The notes under the pieces were generated by a model, which searched no databases, was not told the DNA's origin, and worked only from the letters and a program-made list of their open reading frames with translations. Positions 30,501 through 43,445 of a stretch of DNA of 64,000 nt are shown here, one piece after another. Both the position numbers and the translations under genes were made by a program. The stretch covers positions 378,138,001 to 378,202,000 of the forward strand of contig OZ024743.1 in the NCBI GenBank assembly GCA_964016885.1, in the 5' to 3' direction. Numbering within the stretch: position 1 is the stretch's first letter; every line of letters starts with the position of its first letter. This DNA is from Eledone cirrhosa. Its lineage: Eukaryota.

Positions 30501-33500
30501 CATGGGCTAATGGCCTGTATCTCCCTTACATATGTTACTGCTCAATATCAAATGCTCACATGGGCTAATGGCCTACATCTCCCTTACATATGACCCTGCT
30601 CTATACCAAATGCTCACATGGGCTAATGGCCTGTATCTCCCTTACATATGTTCCTGCACTCAATCAAATGCTCACATGGGCTAATGGCCTGTATCTCCCT
30701 TACATATGTTCCTGCTCAATACCAAATGCTCACATGGGATAATGGCCTACATCTCCCTTACATATGTTCCTGCTCTATACCAAATGCTCACATGGGCTAA
30801 TGGCCTGTATCTCCCTTACATATGTTCCTGCTCAATACCAAATGCTCACATGGGCTAATGGCCTGTATCTCCCTTACATATGTTCCTGCACTCAACCAAA
30901 TGCTCACATGGGCTAATGGCCTGTATCTCCCTTACATATGTTCCTGCTCTATACCAAATGCTCACATGGGCTAATGGCCTACCTCTCCCTTAAATATGTT
31001 CCTGCCCTTTACCAAATGCTCACATGGGCTAATGGCCTGTATCTCCCTTACATATGTTCCTGTTCAATACCAAATGCTCACATGGGCTAATGGCCTACAT
31101 CTCCCTTAAATATGTTCCTGCTCTATACCAAATGCTCACATGGGCTAATGGCCTGTATCTCCCTTACATATGTTCCTGCTGAATACCAAATGCTCACATG
31201 GGCTAATGGCCTGTATCTCCCTTACATATGTTCCTGCTCTATACCAAATGCTCACATGGGCTAATGGCCTGTATCTTCCTTACATATTTTCCTGCTCAAT
31301 ACCAAATGCTCACATGGGCTAATGGCCTGTATCTCCCTTACATATGTTCCTGCTCTATACCAAATGCTCACATGGGCTAACGGCCTACATCTCCCTTAAA
31401 TATGTTGCTGCTCTATACCAAATGCTCACATGGGCTAATGGCCTGTATCTCCCTTACATATGTTCCTGCTCAATACCAAATGCTCACATGGGCTACTGGC
31501 CTGTATCTCCCTTACATATGTTCCTGCTCAATACCAAATGCTCACATGGGCTAATGGCCTGTATCTCCCTTACATATGTTCCTGCTCAATACCAAATGCT
31601 CACATGGGCTAATGGCCTGTATCTCCCTTACATATGTTACTGCTCTATACCAAATGCTCACATGGGCTAATGGCCTGTATCTCACTTAAATATGTTCCTG
31701 TTCTATACCAAATGCTCACATGGGCTAATGGCCTGTATCTCCCTTACATATGTTCCTGCTCTATACCAAATGCTCACATGGGCTAATGGCCTGTATCTCC
31801 CTTACATATGTTCCTGCTCAATACCAAATGCTCACATGGGCTAATGGCCTGTATCTCACTTAAATATGTTCCTGTTCTATACCAAATGCTCACATGGGCT
31901 ACTGGCCTGTATCTCCCTTACATATGTTCCTGCTCTATACCAAATGCTCACATGGGCTAATGGCCTGTATCTCCCTTACATATGTTCCTGCTCTATACCA
32001 AATGCTCACATGGGCTAATGGCCTGTATCTCCCTTACATATGTTCCTGCTCTATACCAAATGCTCACATGGGCTAATGGCCTGTATCTCCCTTACATATG
32101 TTCCTGCTCTATACCAAATGCTCACATGGGCTAATGGCCTGTATCTCCCTTACATATGTTCCTGCACTCAACCAAATGCTCACATGGGCTAATGGCCTGT
32201 ATCTCCCTTACATATGTTCCTGCTCAATATCAAATGCTCACATGGGCTAATGGCCTACATCTCCCTTACATATGACCCTGCTCTATACCAAATGCTCACA
32301 TGGGCTAATGGCCTGTATCTCCCTTACATATGTTCCTGCACTCAATCAAATGCTCACATGGGCTAATGGCCTGTATCTCCCTTACATATGTTCCTGCTCA
32401 ATACCAAATGCTCACATGGGATAATGGCCTACATCTCCCTTACATATGTTCCTGCTCTATACCAAATGCTCACATGGGCTAATGGCCTGTATCTCCCTTA
32501 CATATGTTCCTGCTCAATACCAAATGCTCACATGGGGTAATGGCCTGTATCTCCCTTACATATGTTCCTGCACTCAACCAAATGCTCACATGGGCTAATG
32601 GCCTGTATCTCCCTTACATATGTTCCTGCTCTATACCAAATGCTCACATGGGCTAATGGCCTACCTCTCCCTTAAATATGTTCCTGCCCTATACCAAATG
32701 CTCACATGGGCTAATGGCCTGTATCTCCCTTACATATGTTCCTGTTCAATACCAAATGCTCACATGGGCTAATGGCCTACATCTCCCTTAAATATGTTCC
32801 TGCTCTATACCAAATGCTCACATGGGCTAATGGCCTGTATCTCCCTTACATATGTTCCTGCTGAATACCAAATGCTCACATGGGCTAATGGCCTGTATCT
32901 CCCTTACATATGTTCCTGCTCTATACCAAATGCTCACATGGGCTAATGGCCTGTATCTTCCTTACATATTTTCCTGCTCAATACCAAATGCTCACATGGG
33001 CTAATGGCCTGTATCTCCCTTACATATGTTCCTGCTCTATACCAAATGCTCACATGGGCTAACGGCCTACATCTCCCTTAAATATGTTGCTGCTCTATAC
33101 CAAATGCTCACATGGGCTAATGGCCTGTATCTCCCTTACATATGTTCCTGCTCAATACCAAATGCTCACATGGGCTACTGGCCTGTATCTCCCTTACATA
33201 TGTTCCTGCTCAATACCAAATGCTCACATGGGCTAATGGCCTGTATCTCCCTTACATATGTTCCTGCTCTATACCAAATGCTCACATGGGCTAATGGCCT
33301 GTATCTCCCTTACATATGTTCCTGCTCAATACCAAATGCTCACATGGGCTAATGGCCTGTATCTCCCTTACATATGTTCCTGCTCAATACCAAATGCTCA
33401 CATGGGCTAATGGCCTGTATCTCCCTTACATATGTTACTGCTCTATACCAAATGCTCACATGGGCTAATGGCCTGTATCTCACTTAAATATGTTCCTGTT

Positions 33501-36500
33501 CTATACCAAATGCTCACATGGGCTAATGGCCTGTATCTCCCTTACATATGTTCCTGCTCTATACCAAATGCTCACATGGGCTAATGGCCTGTATCTCCCT
33601 TACATATGTTCCTGCTCAATACCAAATGCTCACATGGGCTAATGGCCTGTATCTCACTTAAATATGTTCCTGTTCTATACCAAATGCTCACATGGGCTAC
33701 TGGCCTGTATCTCCCTTACATATGTTCCTGCTCTATACCAAATGCTCACATGGGCTAATGGCCTGTATCTCCCTTACATATGTTCCTGCTCTATACCAAA
33801 TGCTCACATGGGCTAATGGCCTGTATCTCCCTTACATATGTTCCTGCTCTATACCAAATGCTCACATGGGCTAATGGCCTGTATCTCCCTTACATATGTT
33901 CCTGCACTCAACCAAATGCTCACATGGGCTAATGGCCTGTATCTCCCTTACATATGTTCCTGCACTCAACCAAATGCTCACATGGGCTAATGGCCTGTAT
34001 CTCCCTTACATATGTTCCTGCTCTATACCAAATGCTCACATGGGCTAACGGCCTACATCTCCCTTAAATATGTTGCTGCTCTATACCAAATGCTCACATG
34101 GGCTAATGGCCTGTATCTCCCTTACATATGTTCCTGCTCAATACCAAATGCTCACATGGGCTAATGGCCTGTATCTCCCTTACATATCTTCCTGCTCTAT
34201 ACCAAATGCTCACATAGGCTAATGGCCTGTATCTCCCTTACATATGTTCCTGCACTCAACCAAATGCTCACATGGGCTAATGGCCTGTATCTCCCTTACA
34301 TATGTTCCTGCACTCAACCAAATGCTCACATGGGCTAATGGCCTGTATCTCCCTTACATATGTTCCTGCACTCAACCAAATGCTCACATGGGCTAATGGC
34401 CTGTATCTCCCTTACATATGTTCCTGCTCAATACCAAATGCTCACATGGGCTAGTGGCCTGTATCTCCCTTACATATGTTCTTGCACTCAACCAAATGCT
34501 CACATGGGCTAATGGCCTACATCTCCCTTACATATGTTCCTGCTCAATATCAAATGCTCACATGGGCTAATGGCCTGTATCTCCCTTACATATGTTGCTG
34601 CTCAATACCAAATGCTCACATGGGCTAATGGCCTGTATCTCCCTTACATATGTTCCTGCTCTATACCAAATGCTCACATGGGCTAATGGCCTGTATCTCC
34701 CTTACATATGTTCCTGCTCAACATCAAATGCTCACATGGGCTAATGGCCTACATCTCCCTTACATATGACCCTGCTCTATACCAAATGCTCACATGGGCT
34801 AATGGCCTGTATCTCCCTTACATATGTTCCTGCACTCAATCAAATGCTCACATGGGCTAATGGCCTGTATCTCCCTTACATATGTTCCTGCTCAATACCA
34901 AATGCTCACATGGGATAATGGCCTACATCTCCCTTACATATGTTCCTGCTCTATACCAAATGCTCACATGGGCTAATGGCCTGTATCTCCCTTACATATG
35001 TTCCTGCTCAATACCAAATGCTCACATGGGCTAATGGCCTGTATCTCCCTTACATATGTTCCTGCACTCAACCAAATGCTCACATGGGCTAATGGCCTGT
35101 ATCTCCCTTACATATGTTCCTGCTCTATACCAAATGCTCACATGGGCTAATGGCCTACCTCTCCCTTAAATATGTTCCTGCCCTATACCAAATGCTCACA
35201 TGGGCTAATGGCCTGTATCTCCCTTACATATGTTCCTGTTCAATACCAAATGCTCACATGGGCTAATGGCCTACATCTCCCTTAAATATGTTCCTGCTCT
35301 ATACCAAATGCTCACATGGGCTAATGGCCTGTATCTCCCTTACATATGTTCCTGCTGAATACCAAATGCTCACATGGGCTAATGGCCTGTATCTCCCTTA
35401 CATATGTTCCTGCTCTATACCAAATGCTCACATGGGCTAATGGCCTGTATCTTCCTTACATATTTTCCTGCTCAATACCAAATGCTCACATGGGCTAATG
35501 GCCTGTATCTCCCTTACATATGTTCCTGCTCTATACCAAATGCTCACATGGGCTAACGGCCTACATCTCCCTTAAATATGTTGCTGCTCTATACCAAATG
35601 CTCACATGGGCTAATGGCCTGTATCTCCCTTACATATGTTCCTGCTCAATACCAAATGCTCACATGGGCTACTGGCCTGTATCTCCCTTACATATGTTCC
35701 TGCTCAATACCAAATGCTCACATGGGCTAATGGCCTGTATCTCCCTTACATATGTTCCTGCTCAATACCAAATGCTCACATGGGCTAATGGCCTGTATCT
35801 CCCTTACATATGTTACTGCTCTATACCAAATGCTCACATGGGCTAATGGCCTGTATCTCACTTAAATATGTTCCTGTTCTATACCAAATGCTCACATGGG
35901 CTAATGGCCTGTATCTCCCTTACATATGTTCCTGCTCTATACCAAATGCTCACATGGGCTAATGGCCTGTATCTCCCTTACATATGTTCCTGCTCAATAC
36001 CAAATGCTCACATGGGCTAATGGCCTGTATCTCACTTAAATATGTTCCTGTTCTATACCAAATGCTCACATGGGCTACTGGCCTGTATCTCCCTTACATA
36101 TGTTCCTGCTCTATACCAAATGCTCACATGGGCTAATGGCCTGTATCTCCCTTACATATGTTCCTGCTCTATACCAAATGCTCACATGGGCTAATGGCCT
36201 GTATCTCCCTTACATATGTTCCTGCTCTATACCAAATGCTCACATGGGCTAATGGCCTGTATCTCCCTTACATATGTTCCTGCACTCAACCAAATGCTCA
36301 CATGGGCTAATGGCCTGTATCTCCCTTACATATGTTCCTGATCAATACCAAATGCTCACATGGGCTAATGGCCTGTATCTCCCTTACATATGTTCCTGCT
36401 CAATACCAAATGCTCACATGGGCTAATGGCCTGTATCTCCCTTACATATCTTCCTGCTCTATACCAAATGCTCACATAGGCTAATGGCCTGTATCTCCCT

Positions 36501-39240
36501 TACATATGTTCCTGCACTCAACCAAATGCTCACATGGGCTAATGGCCTGTATCTCCCTTACATATGTTCCTGCACTCAACCAAATGCTCACATGGGCTAA
36601 TGGCCTGTATCTCCCTTACATATGTTCCTGCACTCAACCAAATGCTCACATGGGCTAATGGCCTGTATCTCCCTTACATATGTTCCTGCTCAATACCAAA
36701 TGCTCACATGGGCTAGTGGCCTGTATCTCCCTTACATATGTTCTTGCACTCAACCAAATGCTCACATGGGCTAATGGCCTACATCTCCCTTACATATGTT
36801 CCTGCTCAATATCAAATGCTCACATGGGCTAATGGCCTGTATCTCCCTTACATATGTTGCTGCTCAATACCAAATGCTCACATGGGCTAATGGCCTGTAT
36901 CTCCCTTACATATGTTCCTGCTCTATACCAAATGCTCACATGGGCTAATGGCCTGTATCTCCCTTACATATGTTCCTGCTCAATATCAAATGCTCACATG
37001 GGCTAATGGCCTACATCTCCCTTACATATGACCCTGCTCTATACCAAATGCTCACATGGGCTAATGGCCTGTATCTCCCTTACATATGTTCCTGCACTCA
37101 ATCAAATGCTCACATGGGCTAATGGCCTGTATCTCCCTTACATATGTTCCTGCTCAATACCAAATGCTCACATGGGATAATGGCCTACATCTCCCTTACA
37201 TATGTTCCTGCTCTATACCAAATGCTCACATGGGCTAATGGCCTGTATCTCCCTTACATATGTTCCTGCACTCAACCAAATGCTCACATGGGCTAATGGC
37301 CTGTATCTCCCTTACATATGTTCCTGCTCTATACCAAATGCTCACATGGGCTAATGGCCTACCTCTCCCTTAAATATGTTCCTGCCCTATACCAAATGCT
37401 CACATGGGCTAATGGCCTGTATCTCCCTTACATATGTTCCTGTTCAATACCAAATGCTCACATGGGCTAATGGCCTACATCTCCCTTAAATATGTTCCTG
37501 CTCTATACCAAATGCTCACATGGGCTAATGGCCTGTATCTCCCTTACATATGTTCCTGTTCAATACCAAATGCTCACATGGGCTAATGGCCTACATCTCC
37601 CTTAAATATGTTCCTGCTCTATACCAAATGCTCACATGGGCTAATGGCCTGTATCTCCCTTACATATGTTCCTGCTGAATACCAAATGCTCACATGGGCT
37701 AATGGCCTGTATCTCCCTTACATATGTTCCTGCTCTATACCAAATGCTCACATGGGCTAATGGCCTGTATCTCCCTCAAATATGTTCCTGCTCTATACCA
37801 AAAGCTCACATGGGCTAATGGCCTGTATCTCCCTTACATATGTTCCTGCTCAATACCAAATGCTCACATGGGCTAATGGCCTGTATCTTCCTTACATATT
37901 TTCCTGCTCAATACCAAATGCTCACATGGGCTAATGGCCTGTATCTCCCTTACATATGTTCCTGCTCTATACCAAATGCTCACATGGGCTAACGGCCTAC
38001 ATCTCCCTTAAATATGTTGCTGCTCTATACCAAATGCTCACATGGGCTAATGGCCTGTATCTCCCTTACATATGTTCCTGCTCAATACCAAATGCTCACA
38101 TGGGCTAATGGCCTGTATCTCCCTTACATATGTTCCTGCTCAATACCAAATGCTCACATGGGCTAATGGCCTGTATCTCCCTTACATATGTTACTGCTCT
38201 ATACCAAATGCTCACATGGGCTAATGGCCTGTATCTCACTTAAATATGTTCCTGCACTATACCAAATGCTCACATGGGCTAATGGCCTGTATCTCCCTTA
38301 CATATGTTCCTGCTCTATACCAAATGCTCACATGGGCTAATGGCCTGTATCTCCCTTACATATGTTCCTGCTCTATACCAAATGCTCACATGGGCTAATG
38401 GCCTGTATCTCCCTTACATATGTTCCTGCTCTATACCAAATGCTCACATGGGCTAATGGCCTGTATCTCCCTTACATATGTTCCTGCTCAATACCAAATG
38501 CTCACATGGGCTAATGGCCTGTATCTCCCTTACATATGTTCCTGCTCTATACCAAATGCTCACATGGGCTAATGGCCTGTATCTCACTTAAATATGTTCC
38601 TGTTCTATACCAAATGCTCACATGGGCTAATGGCCTGTATCTCCCTTACATATGTTCCTGCTCTATACTAAATGCTCACATGGGCTAATGGCCTGTATCT
38701 CCCTTACATATGTTCCTGCTCTATACCAAATGCTCACATGGGCTAATGGCCTACATCTCCCCTACATATGTTCCTTCTCTATACCAAATGCTCACATGGG
38801 CTAATGGCCTGTATCTCCCTTACATATGTTCCTGCTCTATACCAAATGCTCACATGGGCTAATGGCCTGTATCTCACTTAAATATGTTCCTGTTCTATAC
38901 CAAATGCTCACATGGGCTAATGGCCTGTATCTCCCTCACATATGTTCCTGCTCAATACCAAATGCTCACATGGGCTAATGGCCTGTATCTCCCTCACATA
39001 TGTTCCTGCTCAATACCAAATGCTCACATGGGCTAATGGCCTGTATCTCCCCTACATATGTTCCTGCTCAATACCAAATGCTCACATGGGCTAATGGCCT
39101 GTATCTCCCTCACATATGTTCCTGCTCAATACCAAATGCTCACATGGGCTAATGGCCTGTATCTCCCTCACATGTGTTCCTGCTCAATACCAAATGCTCA
39201 CATGGGCTAATGGCCTACATCTCCCTTACATATGTTCCTG
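6501..39240. repeat. 58-bp tandem satellite, about 564.5 copies (32.7 kb)
   Basis: Unit GCCTGTATCTCCCTTACATATGTTCCTGCTCTATACCAAATGCTCACATGGGCTAATG; first unit starts at 6501, last (partial) unit at 39213 = 6501 + 564x58. Confidence 0.99.
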
Positions 39241-39336
39241 TGCGCTACTGGTTGCATTTTATTGTGTAGATCACCAACACTAGGGAGGTTGCTATGTCTT
39301 TGACATAGTTGTGGAGTCTTCTCTGACTCTTTGTTT

Positions 39337-39404
39337 GACAGGTTTCCTACAGCTGGATGCTCTTCCTATTATCAACCATCTTACAGGGTGTACTGGGTGT
39401 GTTT
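39337..39404 (-). mobile_element. Decayed internal segment of the RTE-3'UTR/SINE family (right flank of the satellite)
   Basis: gacaggtttcctacagctggatgctcttcctattatcaaccatcttacagggtg resembles ggcaggttttctacagttggatgcccttcctaacaccaaccacatttacagtgtg at 49871-49925. Confidence 0.6.
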
Positions 39405-39504
39405 ATCATGTTGCTCACCAACACTATGGAGGTTATCATGTTTTGGATACAAATGAAGACTTCTCAGTTAACATAAAAAAAAAACAACAACAACAAAAAC
39501 TTAC

Positions 39505-39573
39505 CTTGCAGCTATAAGGGCTCCAAATATCATTAAGAATACTGCAAACTGCACATAACCAGGGGCCTTAGTT
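39505..39573 (-). CDS. SLC35D1: Internal 69-bp exon of an SLC35D1/D2-family (fringe connection-like) UDP-sugar transporter
   Basis: Minus strand: pyrimidine-rich ...tgtgtttAG | a-ACT...GCA-ag | GTAAGT. Encodes [22 protein letters not shown](S), similar to the SLC35D1 segment KTFSWGIKMTVFAMIIGAFVAAS as I recall it. Phase 2-2, in frame with the exon at 42315-42386. D1 versus D2 cannot be resolved. Confidence 0.9.
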
Positions 39574-40313
39574 CTAAACACAGAAGATACAATATAAATA
39601 ACAGTGAAATAAAAATCAAATATAATAAAACTGTTCCATTTCTATCCTCATCATTTTACTTCTGGTTTCAATGCTGCCATTACCAACTTCAATGTTGTCT
39701 TCACATTCAACAATGTCACCACGGCCACCACCATCATCATCCTCATCGTTACTGTTACCCTCCTCTTCTTCTTCTTCTTCTTCCATATCATCAACATCTG
39801 GAATGGCTCTTCCAACGCGTCTCCCTCACCATCCTCCAGAGAAATGCCTTCGCTATTCTGTCCACCGGGCCCGCCAGCGTGTGGGCTCCCATTAGCTTAT
39901 AATAGTGAGAGATGGTGAGAGGGAGAGAGACAGAGGCAGTCACTATACCAACATTGCTGAAGTATTTTGTAGAGTTAAAAATTATAATTGTCTTTCACTG
40001 CCATTAGTTGAATGAGTGACTACAGTTTGAGTCAGTTCTTATACAGAGTTACTGTTCTTTTTATTTGTACATTCTATACATACATACAAACATACATTCT
40101 ATACTTCCTCCTAATTTTTTGCATCCCTGTGTTTGTTTTGTTTTATTTGTTCAACTATATATATATATATATATATGAGGTTATAGTGTAATACTTCACT
40201 ATTTTCATTGGTAAGATGAGATAAGCTTGATGTACTTTACTGTCCTCTGTTTTTCAGGAGTGAAAGGAAAACTGAATAAATTAAGGGCAGTTCAAGTAGC
40301 AGAGCATTTAAAA

Positions 40314-40468
40314 ATTCAAATTTTAAGAAAACCAAGGATAGGATATTATTATTATTTCTCCACAAATGAATGCGATATTCTGGCCACATTGAAACATTCG
40401 TAGAGATGTATAAATAAATAATAAATAAAAATATTCTATCCTATCCTCGGCTTTCTTAAAATTTAAAT
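40314..40468. repeat. Inverted repeat with about 30-bp arms (MITE-like or hairpin, about 155 bp)
   Basis: aaattttaagaaaaccaaggataggata versus the reverse complement of tatcctatcctcggctttcttaaaattt: 26/28 identical. Confidence 0.7.
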
Positions 40469-40689
40469 ATATATATATTTTCATTAAAATATTAATATGG
40501 CATTATTTTATAATATATATTATAGTGAAAAGAATCATTATTATTATCAAATCAAGTCTTTTTCACTGAGTTCCCTTGATCACTCAAGCTTCATCCTACC
40601 AGCATACTACCTTCCTTCAATCTCTATACTCACTCCAGTACAGCTCCATACTACTTCCATATAAGCTTCACACTAGCCCCATACATCTT

Positions 40690-41345
40690 CCTCCTTTCTT
40701 CTTCACCCACTTACTCCTGAGAGGGTTGTGGGGGCAGAGTCCTCAAACAACTCCTTCCAGCGGATCCTCTCAGAAGCAACCTTCTCCAACTGATCCAGCT
40801 GGGTCCCCAAGTGAGATCAGCCAAGCTCATGGATGTAATCCAACCATCTTGCTTGGGGTCTACCCCTGGGTCTCCTGCCAGTTGGTTTTGCCCATAAAAT
40901 CTGTCCAGTGATTCTTTCCTGAGACATTCTACCACATGCCCATAGTATTGGAGCTGTGATCTCTCAATTTGGAGAAGTAACAGCTCTAGCTGGAGTGACT
41001 CTCTGATCTCCGAGCTATGCACTCTATCGAGTAACGTTACTTCAAAGACTCTTCAGAAGAACACCATTTCAGCTGCTTGTATTTGCGATCATATTCTTTC
41101 GGTCATTACCCAAGATTCATGACCACAGGTAAGGGTTGGCATGAATACTGATTTGAAGATAGCAAGTTCGGCTTTTATGGCTACCTCCCTTCTTCTGAAG
41201 ACTGGATGCTGAAGCTGACGCATTACTGCACCAGCTCCTGCAATTCTTACACTTAATTCAGCCTCCTGTCTTCCATCACTCATGAACACAGCCCCAAGAT
41301 ACTTGAACTTCTCTACCTGCTTCAGTGGAACTCCATTCACATGTA
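40690..41345 (-). mobile_element. Degenerate RTE-clade LINE fragment (Expander/Rex3-like RT C-terminus)
   Basis: Broken ORFs LKQVEKFKYLGAVFMSDGRQEAE...PTLTCGHESWVMTERI and SSEIRESLQLELLLLQIERSQLQYYGHV; frameshifted. Confidence 0.85.
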
Positions 41346-41428
41346 GGGTGCACTAGCCCCATACTAGCTCTGCAAACACAAATGTTTATTTTCCAATCCG
41401 ATATTTTGTGTTTACATATAGACTTATT

Positions 41429-41429
<1 letters not shown>

Positions 41430-41460
<31 letters not shown>

Positions 41461-41558
41461 TTTTAAATGGAGAGATGGTGCTGTGTTGTATGTGTTTATA
41501 TTATTAAATGTACACACACACACACACACACACACATGCACACACACACACACACACA
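41430..41558. repeat. (GT)n followed by (CA)n microsatellites
   Basis: Direct reading. Confidence 0.9.
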
Positions 41559-42199
41559 ATCATAGTCATATTTACAAAGCTAGTAGAGTTAGTGTGATGA
41601 ATAGAAATCAGTGAAAAGGTCATAAGCAATATTAGCTAATTATTTATCTAAGTAGTAGTAGTGGTGGTGGTGGTGGCGGTACTAGTAGTAATGAGACTAA
41701 TGGATGCAAGTCCTTAATTGGCCAGTAGTAAAGAGGAACTTTTAAGGTATGTTGCCAAATGCAGAAGCTTATGCACTGAAATCATTAAAAGTAAAGAAAA
41801 TTACAAAGAAGCAGCTGTCTGAGAAACTTATCATAAGTGAGAGTTTCCTAGAGGAAACATCAATAATCACTGAAGATGTCACAGAAATGTGTGACGAAAG
41901 AACTTTGAGAAATTATATTTATATATGAATATCTTTATTTTTAATGATAAACATTGATTGCCAGCTAAATTATCTATAAAAATATAAAAATGTACTGAAA
42001 CGAAAACCAAACCAAACAGTGAGGTGTTTTACTATTTTTTGGCAATATTAGGACATCATGACCCTCCCCAAATAAAATAATATCTGTTTCAACACACAAT
42101 TTCATATCAAAAACTTTTCCAAACAAATACATGTATAAATATATTCTGTACTCATGAGAATTTCAAAACCACACCATCTAAACATGAAATGCTTATTAG

Positions 42200-42273
42200 C
42201 TGCCTCGGCTTATAAACAGGTTTTTGCCCATTTCTCAGACATAAAATCGGCTTATATCAGAGTATATATGGTA
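42200..42273. mobile_element. Possible terminal inverted-repeat remnant of a Tc1/mariner-superfamily DNA transposon
   Basis: tcggcttatatcagagtatatatggTA resembles TCGGCTTATACTCGAGTATATACGG-TA type termini; the subterminal tcggcttata occurs twice; no partner TIR found. Confidence 0.35.
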
Positions 42274-42314
42274 ATTTAAAAACATAATATATTAGGAATA
42301 TCAGAAATACTTAC

Positions 42315-42386
42315 CTTAATACAAAATATTCTAAGATCATAGTAAATAGAATTGAAAATCTCCTCAACACTGTAAACATTGGTAAA
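42315..42386 (-). CDS. SLC35D1: Internal 72-bp exon of an SLC35D1/D2-family UDP-sugar transporter
   Basis: Minus strand: ttgttttatctttctAG | t-TTA CCA ATG...TTA-ag | GTAAGT. Encodes [23 protein letters not shown](R), containing the family signature [16 protein letters not shown]; phase 2-2. Confidence 0.93.
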
Positions 42387-42734
42387 CTAGAAAGATAAAA
42401 CAAGATTCATTTATTTATATGTTATGGTGAGGTGATTATATTTACACACACATACATACATATGTATCTACACACACACATATACATATGTACCTATGCA
42501 CAGACATATACACATATGTATATGTTCACACACACATACACACATGTATATGCCTAAACAAACACAATAATAGAACATGTCAGATTTTGTTTTTCATCTC
42601 GTAGGGTGTCCAAAATCACCCTCCTCACTAAACAAGCTTGGTGGGTTTGCTGGTTTAGCCACCAACGATCCAAACATGTGACAGGTTGTGCCTGTAGCAC
42701 CCAGGAGTGACCTGACACAAAAAAACTTCAAAAA

Positions 42735-43445
42735 GATTTGTGTATCTCAGAAGTACACTTAGTAAAGATGGTACCCTTGATGCTGAAATAAATCACAGGT
42801 GTGCGAAAGTGAGTCTTGCTTCGGAAAGCTTGAGAAGCTAATCTGTTCAGATTGGGGTATCATGTGAGAGACAAAGCTCTCTGTGTATGAGGCCTGTGTT
42901 CTTACGGTCCTGCTATACGGGTGTGAAATGTGGACAACTTACAGGCATCACGTCAAGCAGCTGGAAAGGTTTCATCAACAGTGTATCCAACGTGGTCCTC
43001 TTATACACTTGATGCTACTGTACTTGAGAAAGTGGACAGCACCAACATTAAGAAGAGGAGTATTATGAACCAGATGCATTGAGCTGGTCATGTGATCAGA
43101 ATGGAGCATGGTAGGCTGTCTAAGCAGTTATTTTATGGAGAGCTGACCAAAGGAAAAAGCCCTTAGCATAAACTAAAGAAGTGGTTTATGGATGTCATAA
43201 AAGCCAATCTTAAAGCTTGATTTATGGAATTAGCTGAAGGCCATAAATCAAGGAGAATGATCATCAAATATGGATGTGATGTCTTTAAGAAAAAGCAAAT
43301 GGAGCATGCTGTTTGAAGTATTCACTCCATGATGGGACTTAAATGCAGTGCCTGGAAAAATCCAGCAGGAATTGAGGTGTAATGTATGTGGACAATTTCT
43401 ACTACCAAGAACTGAATTTGTCAACCATCTAAAGTCACATGAGCC
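42735..43445 (+). mobile_element. Degenerate RTE-clade LINE 3' fragment (BovB-like) with C-terminal C2H2 finger
   Basis: YEACVLTVLLYGCEMWTTYRHHVKQLERFHQQC, then AGHVIRMEHGRLSKQLFYGEL, then CNVCGQFLLPRTEFVNHLKSH in shifting frames with stops. Confidence 0.8.

Noticed and set aside
6501-39240. CRISPR-like array, or a family of 108-aa peptides
   Set aside because: No unique spacers and no cas genes; ORFs arise because a 58-bp unit cycles through three frames with one recurring TAA
39650-39900. Possible acidic exon (minus) or Ser-rich ORF (plus)
   Set aside because: The acidic frame has upstream stops, there is no convincing splice pair, and the flanking SLC35D exons join without it. It may be a very decayed RTE end (RWAG..DRIAK..VGR plus (GAA)n) but is too weak to call
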